Shown: positions 1 through 10,123 of the stretch, piece after piece
Position numbering within the stretch: position 1 is the first letter of the stretch
Layout of the letters: each line of letters starts with the position of its first letter
The notes under the pieces: model-generated
What the model was told of the DNA's origin: nothing
Databases searched by the model: none
Seen by the model: the letters and a program-made list of their open reading frames with translations, nothing else
NCBI GenBank assembly: GCA_016432365.1
Contig: CP066686.1
Location: 273,771-337,770, forward strand
Direction: 5' to 3'
Source: Candidatus Woesebacteria bacterium
Lineage (GTDB): Bacteria > Patescibacteriota > Microgenomatia > UBA8517
Length of the DNA stretch: 64,000 nt
Program-made: the position numbers and the translations under genes

Positions 1-180
1 TACTGGGTACACAACCTCAATGATGCGCTGGTTGCTTCCGGGTACGGCCATAGCAATGCAGGTTACGCTGCTCTGCGGAACCTTAAACTTTCTGGCGAAA
101 GTCGAAGCTATGAGCTCAGAATGAGCATTGATAGCTTTGGCAATGGCCTCAGATACAAAAAATTTAACTAAGTGTTGCAT
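1..180 (-). CDS. Hypothetical protein, 3'-truncated by window edge (MQHLVKFFVSEAIAKAINAHSELIASTFARKFKVPQSSVTCIA...)
   Basis: Read manually: ATG at 180 on minus strand preceded by AGGAG, open to the window start; follows ORF 207-626 in the same orientation. Confidence 0.6.
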   Translation of the reverse strand, partial: MQHLVKFFVSEAIAKAINAHSELIASTFARKFKVPQSSVTCIAMAVPGSNQRIIEVVYPV

Positions 181-206
181 TGTAACTCCTTTTAGTTTCT
201 GTTTGG

Positions 207-626
207 TTAGCGCCAGTTCTGTTCTTCCAGAAACATCTTCGCGGCAAAAGCAGCGGTAGCGAAAGAACCTTTCGGCATGAGTGGCCAGATTTCGACCTTG
301 TCAAAAGGAAATCTGGATGTAAGCTCTCTGCCAAATACTTCATCGGACAAAATGATCCCCCACGCCCTTCCAAGGCGGTTTCGCCAACCTTCAAGCTCTC
401 TTTCTCTTTGCTCGTTCCAGCTAGCGAGGCCGATGATTTGAAGGGGAGGTATATTGTCTCCACCTTGGTGGGTCAGAATGTACACAGACACTTTTTCAGG
501 ATCTTTTTTAAGGTCCTCGAAAGAGTTTGCTGTGGCCTGGCGGAGAGCTGGGCCAATGATCGTTTTAATGTGCTTTTTCAAAACTTCTGCATCCTCTTGG
601 GACGCAATCAAAAATAGGTCGGGCAT
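207..626 (-). CDS. Hypothetical protein, possible tautomerase/MIF-like fold (Pro at position 2)
   Basis: 139 aa, AGGAG SD upstream, starts MPDLFLIAS with a beta-alpha-beta repeat pattern; fold call is inference only. Confidence 0.55.
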   Translation of the reverse strand: MPDLFLIASQEDAEVLKKHIKTIIGPALRQATANSFEDLKKDPEKVSVYILTHQGGDNIPPLQIIGLASWNEQRERELEGWRNRLGRAWGIILSDEVFGRELTSRFPFDKVEIWPLMPKGSFATAAFAAKMFLEEQNWR

Positions 627-724
627 AACTAACTCCTTTCTGGGATTTACTGCCTATTTATAGCCAGGAGTATATCCTATAGATTCAGAGAATGCAACCC
701 AACTTCAACTGATATAATTAATGA

Positions 725-1204
725 ATGAAGATTTTGATTATTTCTGATTCTCACGGCCATATTGCCAATCTTAAGGCCGTGATGGAAATCGGCAAAAAAG
801 CCAAGATTGGTGTCGTCATCCATTGCGGTGATTGGGACAACATTGAATCAATTAAAGCCGTTCTTGATTTCGGGATTCCTCTCTTTGCAGTAATGGGGAA
901 CGCCGATGTTGAAGAAGGAATTGAAGAATATCTGAAATTTAATGCCCAAAAGTTTGACCAACACCTTCTTAAACTGGATGTCGACGGGTTAAAAATTGGA
1001 ATAATCCACAGAGCCAGCCTGAAAGACGAAAAGTTATATGAATTTAAGACAGTTTTTTCGGGACACTACCATTCAAAAGAAGAAAAAACCATAAATTGGA
1101 CAAAGTTTGTTCGCCCCGGAGCATTAATAAACGGTATAAATTTTGCTCTCTATGAGACAATCAATAACACGGTAGAATTTTTTGAAGAAGACGAAAATGG
1201 ATAA
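725..1204 (+). CDS. YfcE-family metallophosphoesterase
   Basis: Motifs ISDSHG, HCGD, GNAD, SGHYH, RPG. Confidence 0.9.
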   Translation: MKILIISDSHGHIANLKAVMEIGKKAKIGVVIHCGDWDNIESIKAVLDFGIPLFAVMGNADVEEGIEEYLKFNAQKFDQHLLKLDVDGLKIGIIHRASLKDEKLYEFKTVFSGHYHSKEEKTINWTKFVRPGALINGINFALYETINNTVEFFEEDENG

Positions 1205-1775
1205 ATATACGCAATTACATAAATTGAAAGACGACATGGAAAAAGATGACTTGCTTCCTCTCAAGAAAGGCGCGAGTAAGTTGGTTTTTGGATCGGGAAA
1301 CACTAAAGCCTCAATCCTTTGTATCGGAGAGGGCCCCGGGAGAACGGAGGATGCTACCGGGCTTCCATTTGTAGGACAGGCTGGTAAACTTTTGGATAAA
1401 CTGTTGCTCCTGGCCGGACTCGAAAGAAAAAAGGTGTTTATAACGAATATTGTCCATCATAGACCCCCTGAAAACCGCGACCCACTCCCCGGGGAAATAT
1501 CGGCCTATGGAAAGTATCTGGACAAAATAATTGAAATTATCAATCCAAGGGTGGTAATTACATTGGGTAGATATTCAATGGCTAAATTTTTGCCAGATGT
1601 TTTCATTAGTGGAGTTCACGGAAAAAAATTTGATATCAAGTGGAAGGGTAAAAATATCATAGTTATCCCTATGTACCACCCGGCTGCATCTTTAAGGAAC
1701 GGGAAAGTGCTGGAGGCAGAAAAAGCCGATTTCGTGCAATTGGGAGAAATATTGAGTAAAATGAAAACTGCATAA
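1197..1775 (+). CDS. Uracil-DNA glycosylase, family 4-like (Fe-S cysteines absent)
   Basis: GEGPG..ED..G.PFVG.AGKLL, RPPENRDP, YHPAA motifs; ATG at 1197 chosen. Confidence 0.9.
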   Translation: MDKYTQLHKLKDDMEKDDLLPLKKGASKLVFGSGNTKASILCIGEGPGRTEDATGLPFVGQAGKLLDKLLLLAGLERKKVFITNIVHHRPPENRDPLPGEISAYGKYLDKIIEIINPRVVITLGRYSMAKFLPDVFISGVHGKKFDIKWKGKNIIVIPMYHPAASLRNGKVLEAEKADFVQLGEILSKMKTA

Positions 1776-3427
1776 TGAATAGTTTGAAATTTATTGCCCT
1801 TTCGGGTACCACAGGGGTCACAGAAAATCTTTACGTCTACGAATATGGAAACGACATGATTGTCGTTGATTGTGGCGTCGGATTTCCCGATTCCGAAATG
1901 TTTGGTGTGGATCTTGTGATTCCCGATTTTACTTATGTAGTTCAGAATAAGCATAAGCTTCGCGGGGTTCTAATCTCCCACGGACACGAGGATCATTTGG
2001 GTGCCATCCCCTTTTTGCTTAAAGAAGTTGACACGCCTGTCTACGCGACAAAATTGGTTGCAGGTTTTATTCAAGAAAAGTTGATAGATTCCGGAATGGA
2101 TACTAAAAATGTTAAAGTTTTCGATCCGGACCATGATGTTTTAACCCTTGGAGTATTTAAAGTGACTCCTTTTCGCGTTGCCCATTCTGTTCCTGACGGA
2201 GTTGGTTTTTGTATAGATTCACCGGAAGGGAAGCTTTTCCATGTTCCCGATTACAAATTTGATTGGACTCCGGTAGACGGACGCCCTTTTGATGCAGCCA
2301 AAGTGGCGACGCTCGCCTCTGGTGGCGCGCTCGCCCTTGCATCGGACTCACTTGGTGCCACATCTCCGGGATATACCGAAAGCGAAAAGGCGATTGAAGG
2401 AAGAATTGAGGCGGCAGGGAGAGAAGCGACGGGAAAAATTTATTTAACGACAATATCGTCAAATATCTCGAGAATGCAGCAAACCATTAATGCCGCAGCA
2501 AAACTTGGAAGGAAAGTGGTGCTGATTGGACGATCAATTGAAAGAAAGGCAGAGATTGCGAGGCAATTGGGCTATATATTTTATCCGCAAGGGGTTGTAA
2601 TTCGTTCAAAACAAGCTGCAAAACTTCCTCCAAATAAAGTTCTATATATTATATCCGGCTGTTATGGGCAGCCCGGAAGCGCACTTTACCGTTTAGCAAC
2701 CGGCGAGCATGATTTTTTGACGATAAATAAAGGTGATATGGTAATTTTTTCGGCTGACCCCGGGCCTCCGGGAAGCGCAGGTGGAATAAATTTCTTAGTC
2801 GATAAATTTATCGAAGGCGAGATCGACGTTCACTATTATGATATGCAGGAGGATCTCCATGTCTCAGGGCATGGAAGCATTAAAGATATCGAGATGCTTT
2901 TTGCTCTCGTCAAACCCAAGTATTATATTCCCATCGGAGGAACTATTCGCCACATGAGGGCATATGGACTAATTGCTCAAAGTATGGGTGCAAAAGAAAA
3001 AGAAGTTCTGGAACTTACTCCCGGACAGATTGTGGAATATTCAGGTCAGAACGCAAGAATTGCGGGCAGAGTTCCTGTTAAAGAAGTTTTAATCGACGGA
3101 CTTGGGGTTGGAGATGTTGGAAATACAGTGCTTCGGGACCGACATATTCTTTCCAAAGAAGGGATTGTCATAACGATAATTCATTTTGATAGAAATAATG
3201 GGAGGCTTCTTTCTCCGCCGGAGATATTAAGCCGCGGGTTTGTTTTTGAACAAAAATACGGTAGGGTTTTGGATGAAGCCTCGCGTGATCTATCCCGTGA
3301 GCTTCAAAAGAAGAAATCGGTTAATTCAACATTTGCCAGAAATACCACAATAGACTTTTTGGAAAAATACTTCGCTCAAAAAACCGGCAGACGCCCCATG
3401 GTATTACCTGTCATAGTTGAAGTTTAA
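1775..3427 (+). CDS. rnj: Ribonuclease J
   Basis: SHGHEDHLG, HSVPD, D.K.D.TP, HVSGH and C-terminal RRPMVLPVIVEV. Confidence 0.95.
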   Translation: MNSLKFIALSGTTGVTENLYVYEYGNDMIVVDCGVGFPDSEMFGVDLVIPDFTYVVQNKHKLRGVLISHGHEDHLGAIPFLLKEVDTPVYATKLVAGFIQEKLIDSGMDTKNVKVFDPDHDVLTLGVFKVTPFRVAHSVPDGVGFCIDSPEGKLFHVPDYKFDWTPVDGRPFDAAKVATLASGGALALASDSLGATSPGYTESEKAIEGRIEAAGREATGKIYLTTISSNISRMQQTINAAAKLGRKVVLIGRSIERKAEIARQLGYIFYPQGVVIRSKQAAKLPPNKVLYIISGCYGQPGSALYRLATGEHDFLTINKGDMVIFSADPGPPGSAGGINFLVDKFIEGEIDVHYYDMQEDLHVSGHGSIKDIEMLFALVKPKYYIPIGGTIRHMRAYGLIAQSMGAKEKEVLELTPGQIVEYSGQNARIAGRVPVKEVLIDGLGVGDVGNTVLRDRHILSKEGIVITIIHFDRNNGRLLSPPEILSRGFVFEQKYGRVLDEASRDLSRELQKKKSVNSTFARNTTIDFLEKYFAQKTGRRPMVLPVIVEV

Positions 3428-4884
3428 TCACAGGCTTTAAGTGCGCTAATTGAGATATAGCTAATATTTTCCGGTTTATAGTATCGTTTTTCTTCCACAA
3501 AGAACTTATCCAGCCCCGCCAAGTTTCCATCTCGGGCAACAAAATAGACAGGAATAGGGCTTGTTAGACAACTCAGGTTTAATACAGATCGGTCGAGATT
3601 TCTCGAGTCGATGTAAGTGGGCTTTACCCAGGCCGAATTATTAAAATATGCAAATACCGCGCTTTCGGGGTTACCTGCATCAATCCGGACCCCGGCAATT
3701 ATTTTTTTATCTTTCCCTTTTTGATTCAAATAATCAACCACCTCCGGAATGCCGTAGCCCGATGTCCACCCGGTTAGATATTCGGATTTTTGTGAAAATA
3801 CTGTCATCTTGTCCATGACATTGAAATATGTAATAGGGGAAATAACTAGGAGGTAGGTAATCATGATCGTGGGTATTGTCGAAACACTTCCAATCAAAAT
3901 CGCATGTGCTTTCCTAAAGTTAAAAAGGGTGTATGCGCAAAAGACGGAGATAAGTGGAAAAAAGGCGGATAAATATCTAGGGTTAAGCGACTTGCCCGAA
4001 AATAAGACAAGGATAAAACCTGTCAAAAAAAAGGTTGGGAGAATTCTATCCTTTCTCTTTAATAAAAAATATATTCCACAAATTGACAATATAAAAACAA
4101 AAGGGGTTAAATAAAAAAAAGATATATTGACGGCAGTTGAAAAATTTCTTATCCACAAAGAAAACGGAAAACTTAACAGTTCTGGAATAGATAGCATAAA
4201 CCGGTTATTGGTGTTCAATGAGGTCCAGAATATTTTTTGAAAAAAAAGTGGGGAGACGATAATCAGACTGGAAATAGCAGACAAGGCGAATTCTTTAAAA
4301 TGTTTTTTGTAAATCAAAATTAAACTCACCGAAATTAAAAAAACAAATGCTGAAAGTTTTATAAAGATACCTATACCCAAGATGAGTCCAAGACAAACCG
4401 CGTATTTAGTTTTTTTGGTTTCAAGTATTCTTAGTAGAAAATAAAAACTCCAGATGCCACACCCGGCGATTGCCGATTCCATTAATGCTTGGCGATCAAA
4501 AAAGGCGAAAAGAGGAACAATAATGTAAACAATCGAAGATAAACGCGCAAGCCTTTCATCTCCTAAGTTTTTCGCGATTTTATAAATTCCGGCCAATGTT
4601 AAAAATCCAAACATAACGGATACAATCCTGCCCGCCAAAAGAGGCGAATTAAAAATGTTTTCAAATACTCCAAAAATCCAAATAAGGAGTGGAGGCTTGG
4701 CATCATATAGCGAATAAAATAATCCAGCACTGGTATAGAGAGATTTCCATCCCCAATCCAAATAAATTGCTTCGTCGTTAAAAATTGGGAGTTTGGTTAA
4801 GTTAACTATTCTCGACAAAAAATATATTACGGAAAGCGTAGCTAAGGAATGATTGTGAATAAACTGTGTGATTGTTTTTTTCAT
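3424..4884 (-). CDS. GT-C fold (family 39/ArnT-PMT-like) membrane glycosyltransferase
   Basis: PIFNDEAIY, KPPL, GR..S, multiple TM segments, R.ALMES, NPRY. Confidence 0.8.
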   Translation of the reverse strand: MKKTITQFIHNHSLATLSVIYFLSRIVNLTKLPIFNDEAIYLDWGWKSLYTSAGLFYSLYDAKPPLLIWIFGVFENIFNSPLLAGRIVSVMFGFLTLAGIYKIAKNLGDERLARLSSIVYIIVPLFAFFDRQALMESAIAGCGIWSFYFLLRILETKKTKYAVCLGLILGIGIFIKLSAFVFLISVSLILIYKKHFKEFALSAISSLIIVSPLFFQKIFWTSLNTNNRFMLSIPELLSFPFSLWIRNFSTAVNISFFYLTPFVFILSICGIYFLLKRKDRILPTFFLTGFILVLFSGKSLNPRYLSAFFPLISVFCAYTLFNFRKAHAILIGSVSTIPTIMITYLLVISPITYFNVMDKMTVFSQKSEYLTGWTSGYGIPEVVDYLNQKGKDKKIIAGVRIDAGNPESAVFAYFNNSAWVKPTYIDSRNLDRSVLNLSCLTSPIPVYFVARDGNLAGLDKFFVEEKRYYKPENISYISISALKACD

Positions 4885-4956
4885 TGAGTAATTTTAACAG
4901 GTTTTAAAAAGCACCTATCTCCTGTTGAGGTTTAGCTTCCGTTCGTTATACAATGA

Positions 4957-7083
4957 TTGGCGATGATAAAAAAGCACAAAAGAAGAATAGATAAACGCGG
5001 TTTCAAATTAAAGATTAAGAGGGACACCTCTTTTTCTATCGCCAAAATTTTCTTTTTTGCACTGGCCGCATTAGTTCTTCTTTCTTTTTCTCGGCAGGGG
5101 GCGATACTACTCAAGTTTAACGATCTTCTTGTAGCTTATTTTTCCTGGTCATCATTTTTTTTACCATTTCTCTTTTTGGCTTTTGCATTTTTGATGTCTA
5201 GGGCCAAGTTTCCTATGGCTCAACCGAATGTTATTGTTGGTGGAATCCTTTTCTTTATTTCCATTGTGACTTTGACCAGAGCTGGGATTTTGGGAAATTC
5301 TGCATGGGATGGAATGAGCGCCTTAATTACAGGAATAGGTGCGGCGATTGTATTAATTGGGACCAGTTTTGTCGGTTTGATAGTCCTTTTTAATACTTCA
5401 ATTGACCAGGTTTTTAAATACGTCGCCGGACTACTTGTGCAGGTCGGGGGTTTTATCAAAAGCCCGGCTCCTATTAAAATTGGTGGCATACAGATGAGTA
5501 AAGGGCCAATGAAAGTTTCCGGTGGGGGTAACTTCAAACAACAGGTAAATATAAATCAAGCAAAACTCCCGATATCGGTAGCTGATAATAAACCCAAAGA
5601 GCCATTGGAGCAGAAACTTGTAAGCAATATTCCCGGCGAAGAAAAAATATGGAAATATCCAAGCTTTGATCTATTGAGTGATGCTGGGATAGGAAAGGCA
5701 GACAGAGGAGATATAAAAGGCAACGCGGCAGTCATCGAAAAAACACTTGAATCTTTTGGGATTACCGCAAGGGTGGTTGAGGTGAATCTTGGTCCGGCGG
5801 TGACTCAGTATGCAATTGAGGTTGCACTCGGTACAAAACTCTCCAAGATTACATCTTTGGAAAGGGATTTGGCTTTGGCTTTGGCAGCCCCAACCGGTAC
5901 AATTAGAATTGAAGCCCCGATCCCAGGAAGATCTTTGGTTGGTATCGAACTGCCAAATAGAGCAGCCGAATTCGTAACACTTAAGAGAATGATGGAGTCG
6001 GACGAGATGCTGGCGGCAAGATCAAAATTGGCGGTATCTTTAGGGTTTGATGTTTCAGGTAAACCCGTTGTCGCCGATATCGCCAGAATGCCCCATGTAC
6101 TTATCGCAGGACAAACCGGAAGCGGTAAATCGGTTTGTATTAACGCCTTTCTTGCATCTATCCTTTTTAGGGCAGCTCCAACCGAAGTAAAACTAATTTT
6201 AGTCGATCCCAAACGAGTTGAGCTAACGGGTTATAACGGTATTCCGCATCTACTTTCTCCCGTTATTGTAGAACCGGAAAAGGTAATATCTGCTCTCAGG
6301 TGGGTTATGGCCGAAATGGATAGAAGATATAAACTTTTTGCAGAAGCCGGGGCTAGGAATATTGACGGTTACAACGAAATGAGCGGGTTTCAAGCCCTGC
6401 CCTTTATTGTTCTTTTTATCGATGAACTTGCTGATATTATGCTTTTCTCTCCTGTTGAAGTCGAAGATGCAATTACTAGGATTGCGCAAATGTCACGAGC
6501 TACAGGAATTCATATGGTTTTGGCCACTCAAAGGCCATCGGTAGATGTCATTACGGGTTTAATTAAAGCTAACGTTCCTTCCCGTATCGCTTTTGCCGTC
6601 GCCTCTCAGGTCGATTCTCGCGTTATTCTTGACACACAAGGAGCAGAGAAACTGCTGGGTAAAGGAGATATGTTATATCTTCCACCCGAACAGGCAAAAC
6701 CACTTAGAATTCAAGGCGCGTTTGTCAACGATAAAGAAATTGAGGCGTTGGTGGCTTTCGTTAAAAACCAGGGAATTCCAACTCAATATACTGACGAAGT
6801 GACAACTATGAGCAAGGCCGGATCAGTTTCGGTTCCGGGGGTCGAAGGTGATACAGACAATTTGTTTAAGGAAGCGGTTAAGGTTGTTTGTCAGTACGAT
6901 AGAGCTTCGGCATCACTTTTGCAAAGAAGGCTGTCAATTGGTTATGCGAGAGCTGCCAGAATTGTAGATCAACTTGAGGCGGCGGGGGTTATCTCTACTT
7001 CAGATGGAAGTAGCAAGCCCAGGGAAGTGCTGGTCCAAAATGCAGATGAGTTTCTTGCCTCGTTTGGGGGTGGCGGTCAATGA
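4957..7083 (+). CDS. ftsK: DNA translocase FtsK/SpoIIIE
   Basis: N-terminal TMs, PHVLIAGQTGSGKS, IDELAD, ATQRPSVDVITG, gamma domain SLLQRRLSIGYARAARIVDQLE. Confidence 0.97.
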   Translation: MAMIKKHKRRIDKRGFKLKIKRDTSFSIAKIFFFALAALVLLSFSRQGAILLKFNDLLVAYFSWSSFFLPFLFLAFAFLMSRAKFPMAQPNVIVGGILFFISIVTLTRAGILGNSAWDGMSALITGIGAAIVLIGTSFVGLIVLFNTSIDQVFKYVAGLLVQVGGFIKSPAPIKIGGIQMSKGPMKVSGGGNFKQQVNINQAKLPISVADNKPKEPLEQKLVSNIPGEEKIWKYPSFDLLSDAGIGKADRGDIKGNAAVIEKTLESFGITARVVEVNLGPAVTQYAIEVALGTKLSKITSLERDLALALAAPTGTIRIEAPIPGRSLVGIELPNRAAEFVTLKRMMESDEMLAARSKLAVSLGFDVSGKPVVADIARMPHVLIAGQTGSGKSVCINAFLASILFRAAPTEVKLILVDPKRVELTGYNGIPHLLSPVIVEPEKVISALRWVMAEMDRRYKLFAEAGARNIDGYNEMSGFQALPFIVLFIDELADIMLFSPVEVEDAITRIAQMSRATGIHMVLATQRPSVDVITGLIKANVPSRIAFAVASQVDSRVILDTQGAEKLLGKGDMLYLPPEQAKPLRIQGAFVNDKEIEALVAFVKNQGIPTQYTDEVTTMSKAGSVSVPGVEGDTDNLFKEAVKVVCQYDRASASLLQRRLSIGYARAARIVDQLEAAGVISTSDGSSKPREVLVQNADEFLASFGGGGQ

Positions 7084-7706
7084 ATACGATTGGTCAAATC
7101 ATAAAAAATGCCCGTGTCGTAAAAGAATATTCTTTGAGCCGCCTCGAGGAAATTACAAAAATTAAAAAAGGCTTCATTTCTTCAATTGAAGAGGAAAATT
7201 GGGAGGAACTTCCCCCTTTCCCGACAGTGTTGGGATTCGTGAAGAGTATTGCCGGAGCACTTGAAGTGGACGAAAGAACTGCGGTGGCAACTTTAAAGAG
7301 GGACTATCCGCCAAAAAAATTGAGGATCAATCCTAAACCGGATGTTTCTCGGAAGTTTGTCTGGAGTCCAAAGTTGACTTTTATTATAGGTGTTGGACTT
7401 GTCTTTACAGTAATATTTGGATATTTGGCATTTCAATATACCAGATTTATTTCACCTCCGGCACTAAGTGTAGATAGTCCTGTTGAAGATCAAATTGTGT
7501 CAGGAAATAACGTGTTAGTTTTTGGTAATACGGATGTAGATGTAAAAATAACTGTCAATAATCAGCCGGTATTGGTTGACAATGATGGAAAATTCTCTGT
7601 AAGTATGGAAGTTGTGCCCGATACAAAAGAGATTGTAATTCAAGCAGTTTCAAGATCTGGTAAAATGAATGAAGTAAGGCGAAAGATACTAGTTACTAGT
7701 AACTAG
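7080..7706 (+). CDS. RodZ-like protein (XRE HTH, TM, Ig-like C-terminal domain)
   Basis: TIGQIIKNAR...ITKIK..FI..IEE......P.....GFVKSIA, one TM, usual position after ftsK. Confidence 0.75.
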   Translation: MNTIGQIIKNARVVKEYSLSRLEEITKIKKGFISSIEEENWEELPPFPTVLGFVKSIAGALEVDERTAVATLKRDYPPKKLRINPKPDVSRKFVWSPKLTFIIGVGLVFTVIFGYLAFQYTRFISPPALSVDSPVEDQIVSGNNVLVFGNTDVDVKITVNNQPVLVDNDGKFSVSMEVVPDTKEIVIQAVSRSGKMNEVRRKILVTSN

Positions 7707-7724
7707 ATACTAATTTCTAAATAC

Positions 7725-7958
7725 GTGGATAACATTCAGACACTTTTAATAGTTGTAGTAGTAAGTTTGACCTTGCTTCTGGTCATTGTCGGAGTGCAGG
7801 TTATGTTAATTATTATCGATCTTCGGCGTGCCATTAAAAGATTAAATTCTATTTTGGAAGACGCGATTTTGGGCGGAGGACTAATTCGTCCGGAGCGACT
7901 TAGTTCTGTCTTGGAGCTTCTGCATAAAAACAAAAAACTGGAAACCCATGGAGGTTAG
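7725..7958 (+). CDS. Small single-TM/coiled-coil membrane protein
   Basis: 77 aa, GTG start, hydrophobic N-terminal helix followed by an amphipathic helix. Confidence 0.65.
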   Translation: MDNIQTLLIVVVVSLTLLLVIVGVQVMLIIIDLRRAIKRLNSILEDAILGGGLIRPERLSSVLELLHKNKKLETHGG

Positions 7959-8158
7959 TGCCACTCAAGTTTTTGAGCAAGCTTTCTTAAGTCCAATTTT
8001 GGAAGTTTGTCTGTTTCGACCAAGTATTCCTCAAGACCAATTTTTTCTGTAAGGTAGTCGGCAGTTAGCTCTTTTAGTCTCTTTTCTCCAGAATTTACTT
8101 CTTCAGCTGTAAACTGATGTTTTAATAAACCAATTCTTTCTAAAAATCTTTCTTGCAT
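7955..8158 (-). CDS. Hypothetical small protein
   Basis: 67 aa ORF with minus-strand TTGACT-N16-TAGAAT promoter just upstream. Confidence 0.55.
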   Translation of the reverse strand: MQERFLERIGLLKHQFTAEEVNSGEKRLKELTADYLTEKIGLEEYLVETDKLPKLDLRKLAQKLEWH

Positions 8159-8216
8159 CGTAGGTTGATTCTAACACAAGCTGGATTACAGTCAAATTTG
8201 AGGTTATACTTTAGCC

Positions 8217-10022
8217 ATGACGACAAAAGAGATCCGCGAAAAATATATAGCTTTTTTTAAAGCCAGGGGACACAAAGAAATTGCTCCGTCTCCACTCGTT
8301 CTGGAAAACGATCCGACTACCCTGTTTACCTCTTCCGGAATGCAACAAATGATACCTTTTCTTAAAGGTGAAAAACATCCATTAGGAACTCGGCTGGTTG
8401 ATTCTCAACCATCACTCCGGCTTCAAGATATTGAAGAGGTTGGAGACAATCGACATACGACATTTTTTGAAATGCTTGGCAACTGGTCACTCGGGGATTA
8501 TTTTAAAAAAGACCAATTGCTTTGGGTTTGGGAATTCATGACCAAGGAAATTGGGCTTGACCCAAAAAGGCTTTACGTAAGTTGTTTTGTTGGTAACGAC
8601 GAGGTTGGAAAGGATACGGAGTCGTATGATATTTGGAAAAAAATTGGAGTAGATGACGGGCATATTCATTTTTACGATGCCAAGAAGAATTGGTGGAGTC
8701 GTGCAGGTGAGCCCTCCAAAATGCCTGCAGGTGAAATTGGAGGTCCAGACTCTGAAATATTTTTTGAATTTGAAAATGTATCCCACTACCCCGCATTTGG
8801 GAAGTTTTGTCATCCGAATTGTGATTGTGGAAAATTTTTAGAAATCGGGAACTCCGTTTTCATGCAATTTATGAAAAATGAAGACGGTACGCTTTCAGAA
8901 TTGCCTCAAAAAAATGTCGATTTCGGTGGAGGACTAGAGCGAATCGCTGCCGCATTAAATAATGACCCAGATGTGTTTAAAATCGATATTTTTAAGTCCA
9001 TAATCAACAAAGTCGAAAAGGAAGTCGGTTTTAATTATGGAACAGATACAAAAAAGACGAAAAGTTTCAGAATAGTTGCAGACCATCTTAGGGCTTCGTG
9101 TAATTTACTTGCCGAAGGCGTTCTCCCATCAAATAAACTTCAAGGATACGTTCTTCGCCGTCTAATCAGGAGAGCGATGTTCCATTTTCATTTACTCGGT
9201 GCAGGAATTTCCGGCAGTGGAGTGTCACATGTTGCGGAAAGTTTAAGGCGGGAGTACACGAGCATAGATAAAAACTGGGATTTCGTAGAGGAGAACCTAA
9301 ATGTTGAAGCAACAAGATTTGAGTCGGCCCTAAAACGTGGTCTGGCCAAGCTAACACGTGCAGTATCCGATGGAGTCAAAATCGACGGTAAGGTTGCTTT
9401 TGATCTTTATCAAAACGACGGCTTCCCCTTGGAACTTACAATGGAAATTTTGAGCCAGAATGGTATGAATTTTTCTGCCGAAGAGAAAAATTTATTTGAG
9501 AGTGAATTTGAAAAGCACAAAGAAAATTCAAGAAGTATGTCAGCAGGAATTTTCAAAGGAGGACTGGAAAACAAATCAGACGAAACAATAACTAAACTTC
9601 ATACGGCTACTCATCTGCTTCACGCCGCGCTACGGGAGATCTTGGGTGAACATGTCGGTCAAAAAGGAAGCCATATAACGAATGAGAGATTGCGCTTCGA
9701 TTTTTCTTATCCGCAAAAATTAACAGACGACGAAATTAAAAAAGTTGAAAACTTGATCAATGAAAAAATAAAAGAAGATTTGCCGGTAACTTTTTCTGAA
9801 ATGAGTTTAGATGAAGCAATTAAAACCGGAGCCCTCCATTTCTTTGCAGAAAAATATGGAAAAAAAGTAAAAGTGTACACAATGGGGTCTTTTAGTCGCG
9901 AGATATGTGGTGGCCCTCATGTAACACACACAAAAGATGTTGGTGGTGTTAATATTATTAAGCAAGAGAAAATAGGAGCGGGAATTGTTAGACTTTATGC
10001 ATCATTAGAAGGCAAAAGTTAA
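8217..10022 (+). CDS. alaS: Alanine--tRNA ligase, short form lacking the C-Ala domain
   Basis: DPTTLFTSSGM, HTTFFEMLGNWS, DFGGGLER, editing motifs HTATHLLH and EICGGPH; 601 aa. Confidence 0.97.
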   Translation: MTTKEIREKYIAFFKARGHKEIAPSPLVLENDPTTLFTSSGMQQMIPFLKGEKHPLGTRLVDSQPSLRLQDIEEVGDNRHTTFFEMLGNWSLGDYFKKDQLLWVWEFMTKEIGLDPKRLYVSCFVGNDEVGKDTESYDIWKKIGVDDGHIHFYDAKKNWWSRAGEPSKMPAGEIGGPDSEIFFEFENVSHYPAFGKFCHPNCDCGKFLEIGNSVFMQFMKNEDGTLSELPQKNVDFGGGLERIAAALNNDPDVFKIDIFKSIINKVEKEVGFNYGTDTKKTKSFRIVADHLRASCNLLAEGVLPSNKLQGYVLRRLIRRAMFHFHLLGAGISGSGVSHVAESLRREYTSIDKNWDFVEENLNVEATRFESALKRGLAKLTRAVSDGVKIDGKVAFDLYQNDGFPLELTMEILSQNGMNFSAEEKNLFESEFEKHKENSRSMSAGIFKGGLENKSDETITKLHTATHLLHAALREILGEHVGQKGSHITNERLRFDFSYPQKLTDDEIKKVENLINEKIKEDLPVTFSEMSLDEAIKTGALHFFAEKYGKKVKVYTMGSFSREICGGPHVTHTKDVGGVNIIKQEKIGAGIVRLYASLEGKS

Positions 10023-10115
10023 AATTTAGAAGTTAAAAATACAAGTTAAAAATCAAAAGTCGCTATTTTTATTTTTGAATTGCAATTTTGACTTTTGCAT
10101 TTTGAGTTTTAAATT
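10009..10115. repeat. Inverted pair of degenerate AAAAGTT/AAAATCA-type heptamer arrays
   Basis: A-rich arm 10009-10060 and complementary T-rich arm 10071-10115; overlaps the alaS stop. Confidence 0.8.
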
Positions 10116-10123
10116 ATCACTTT

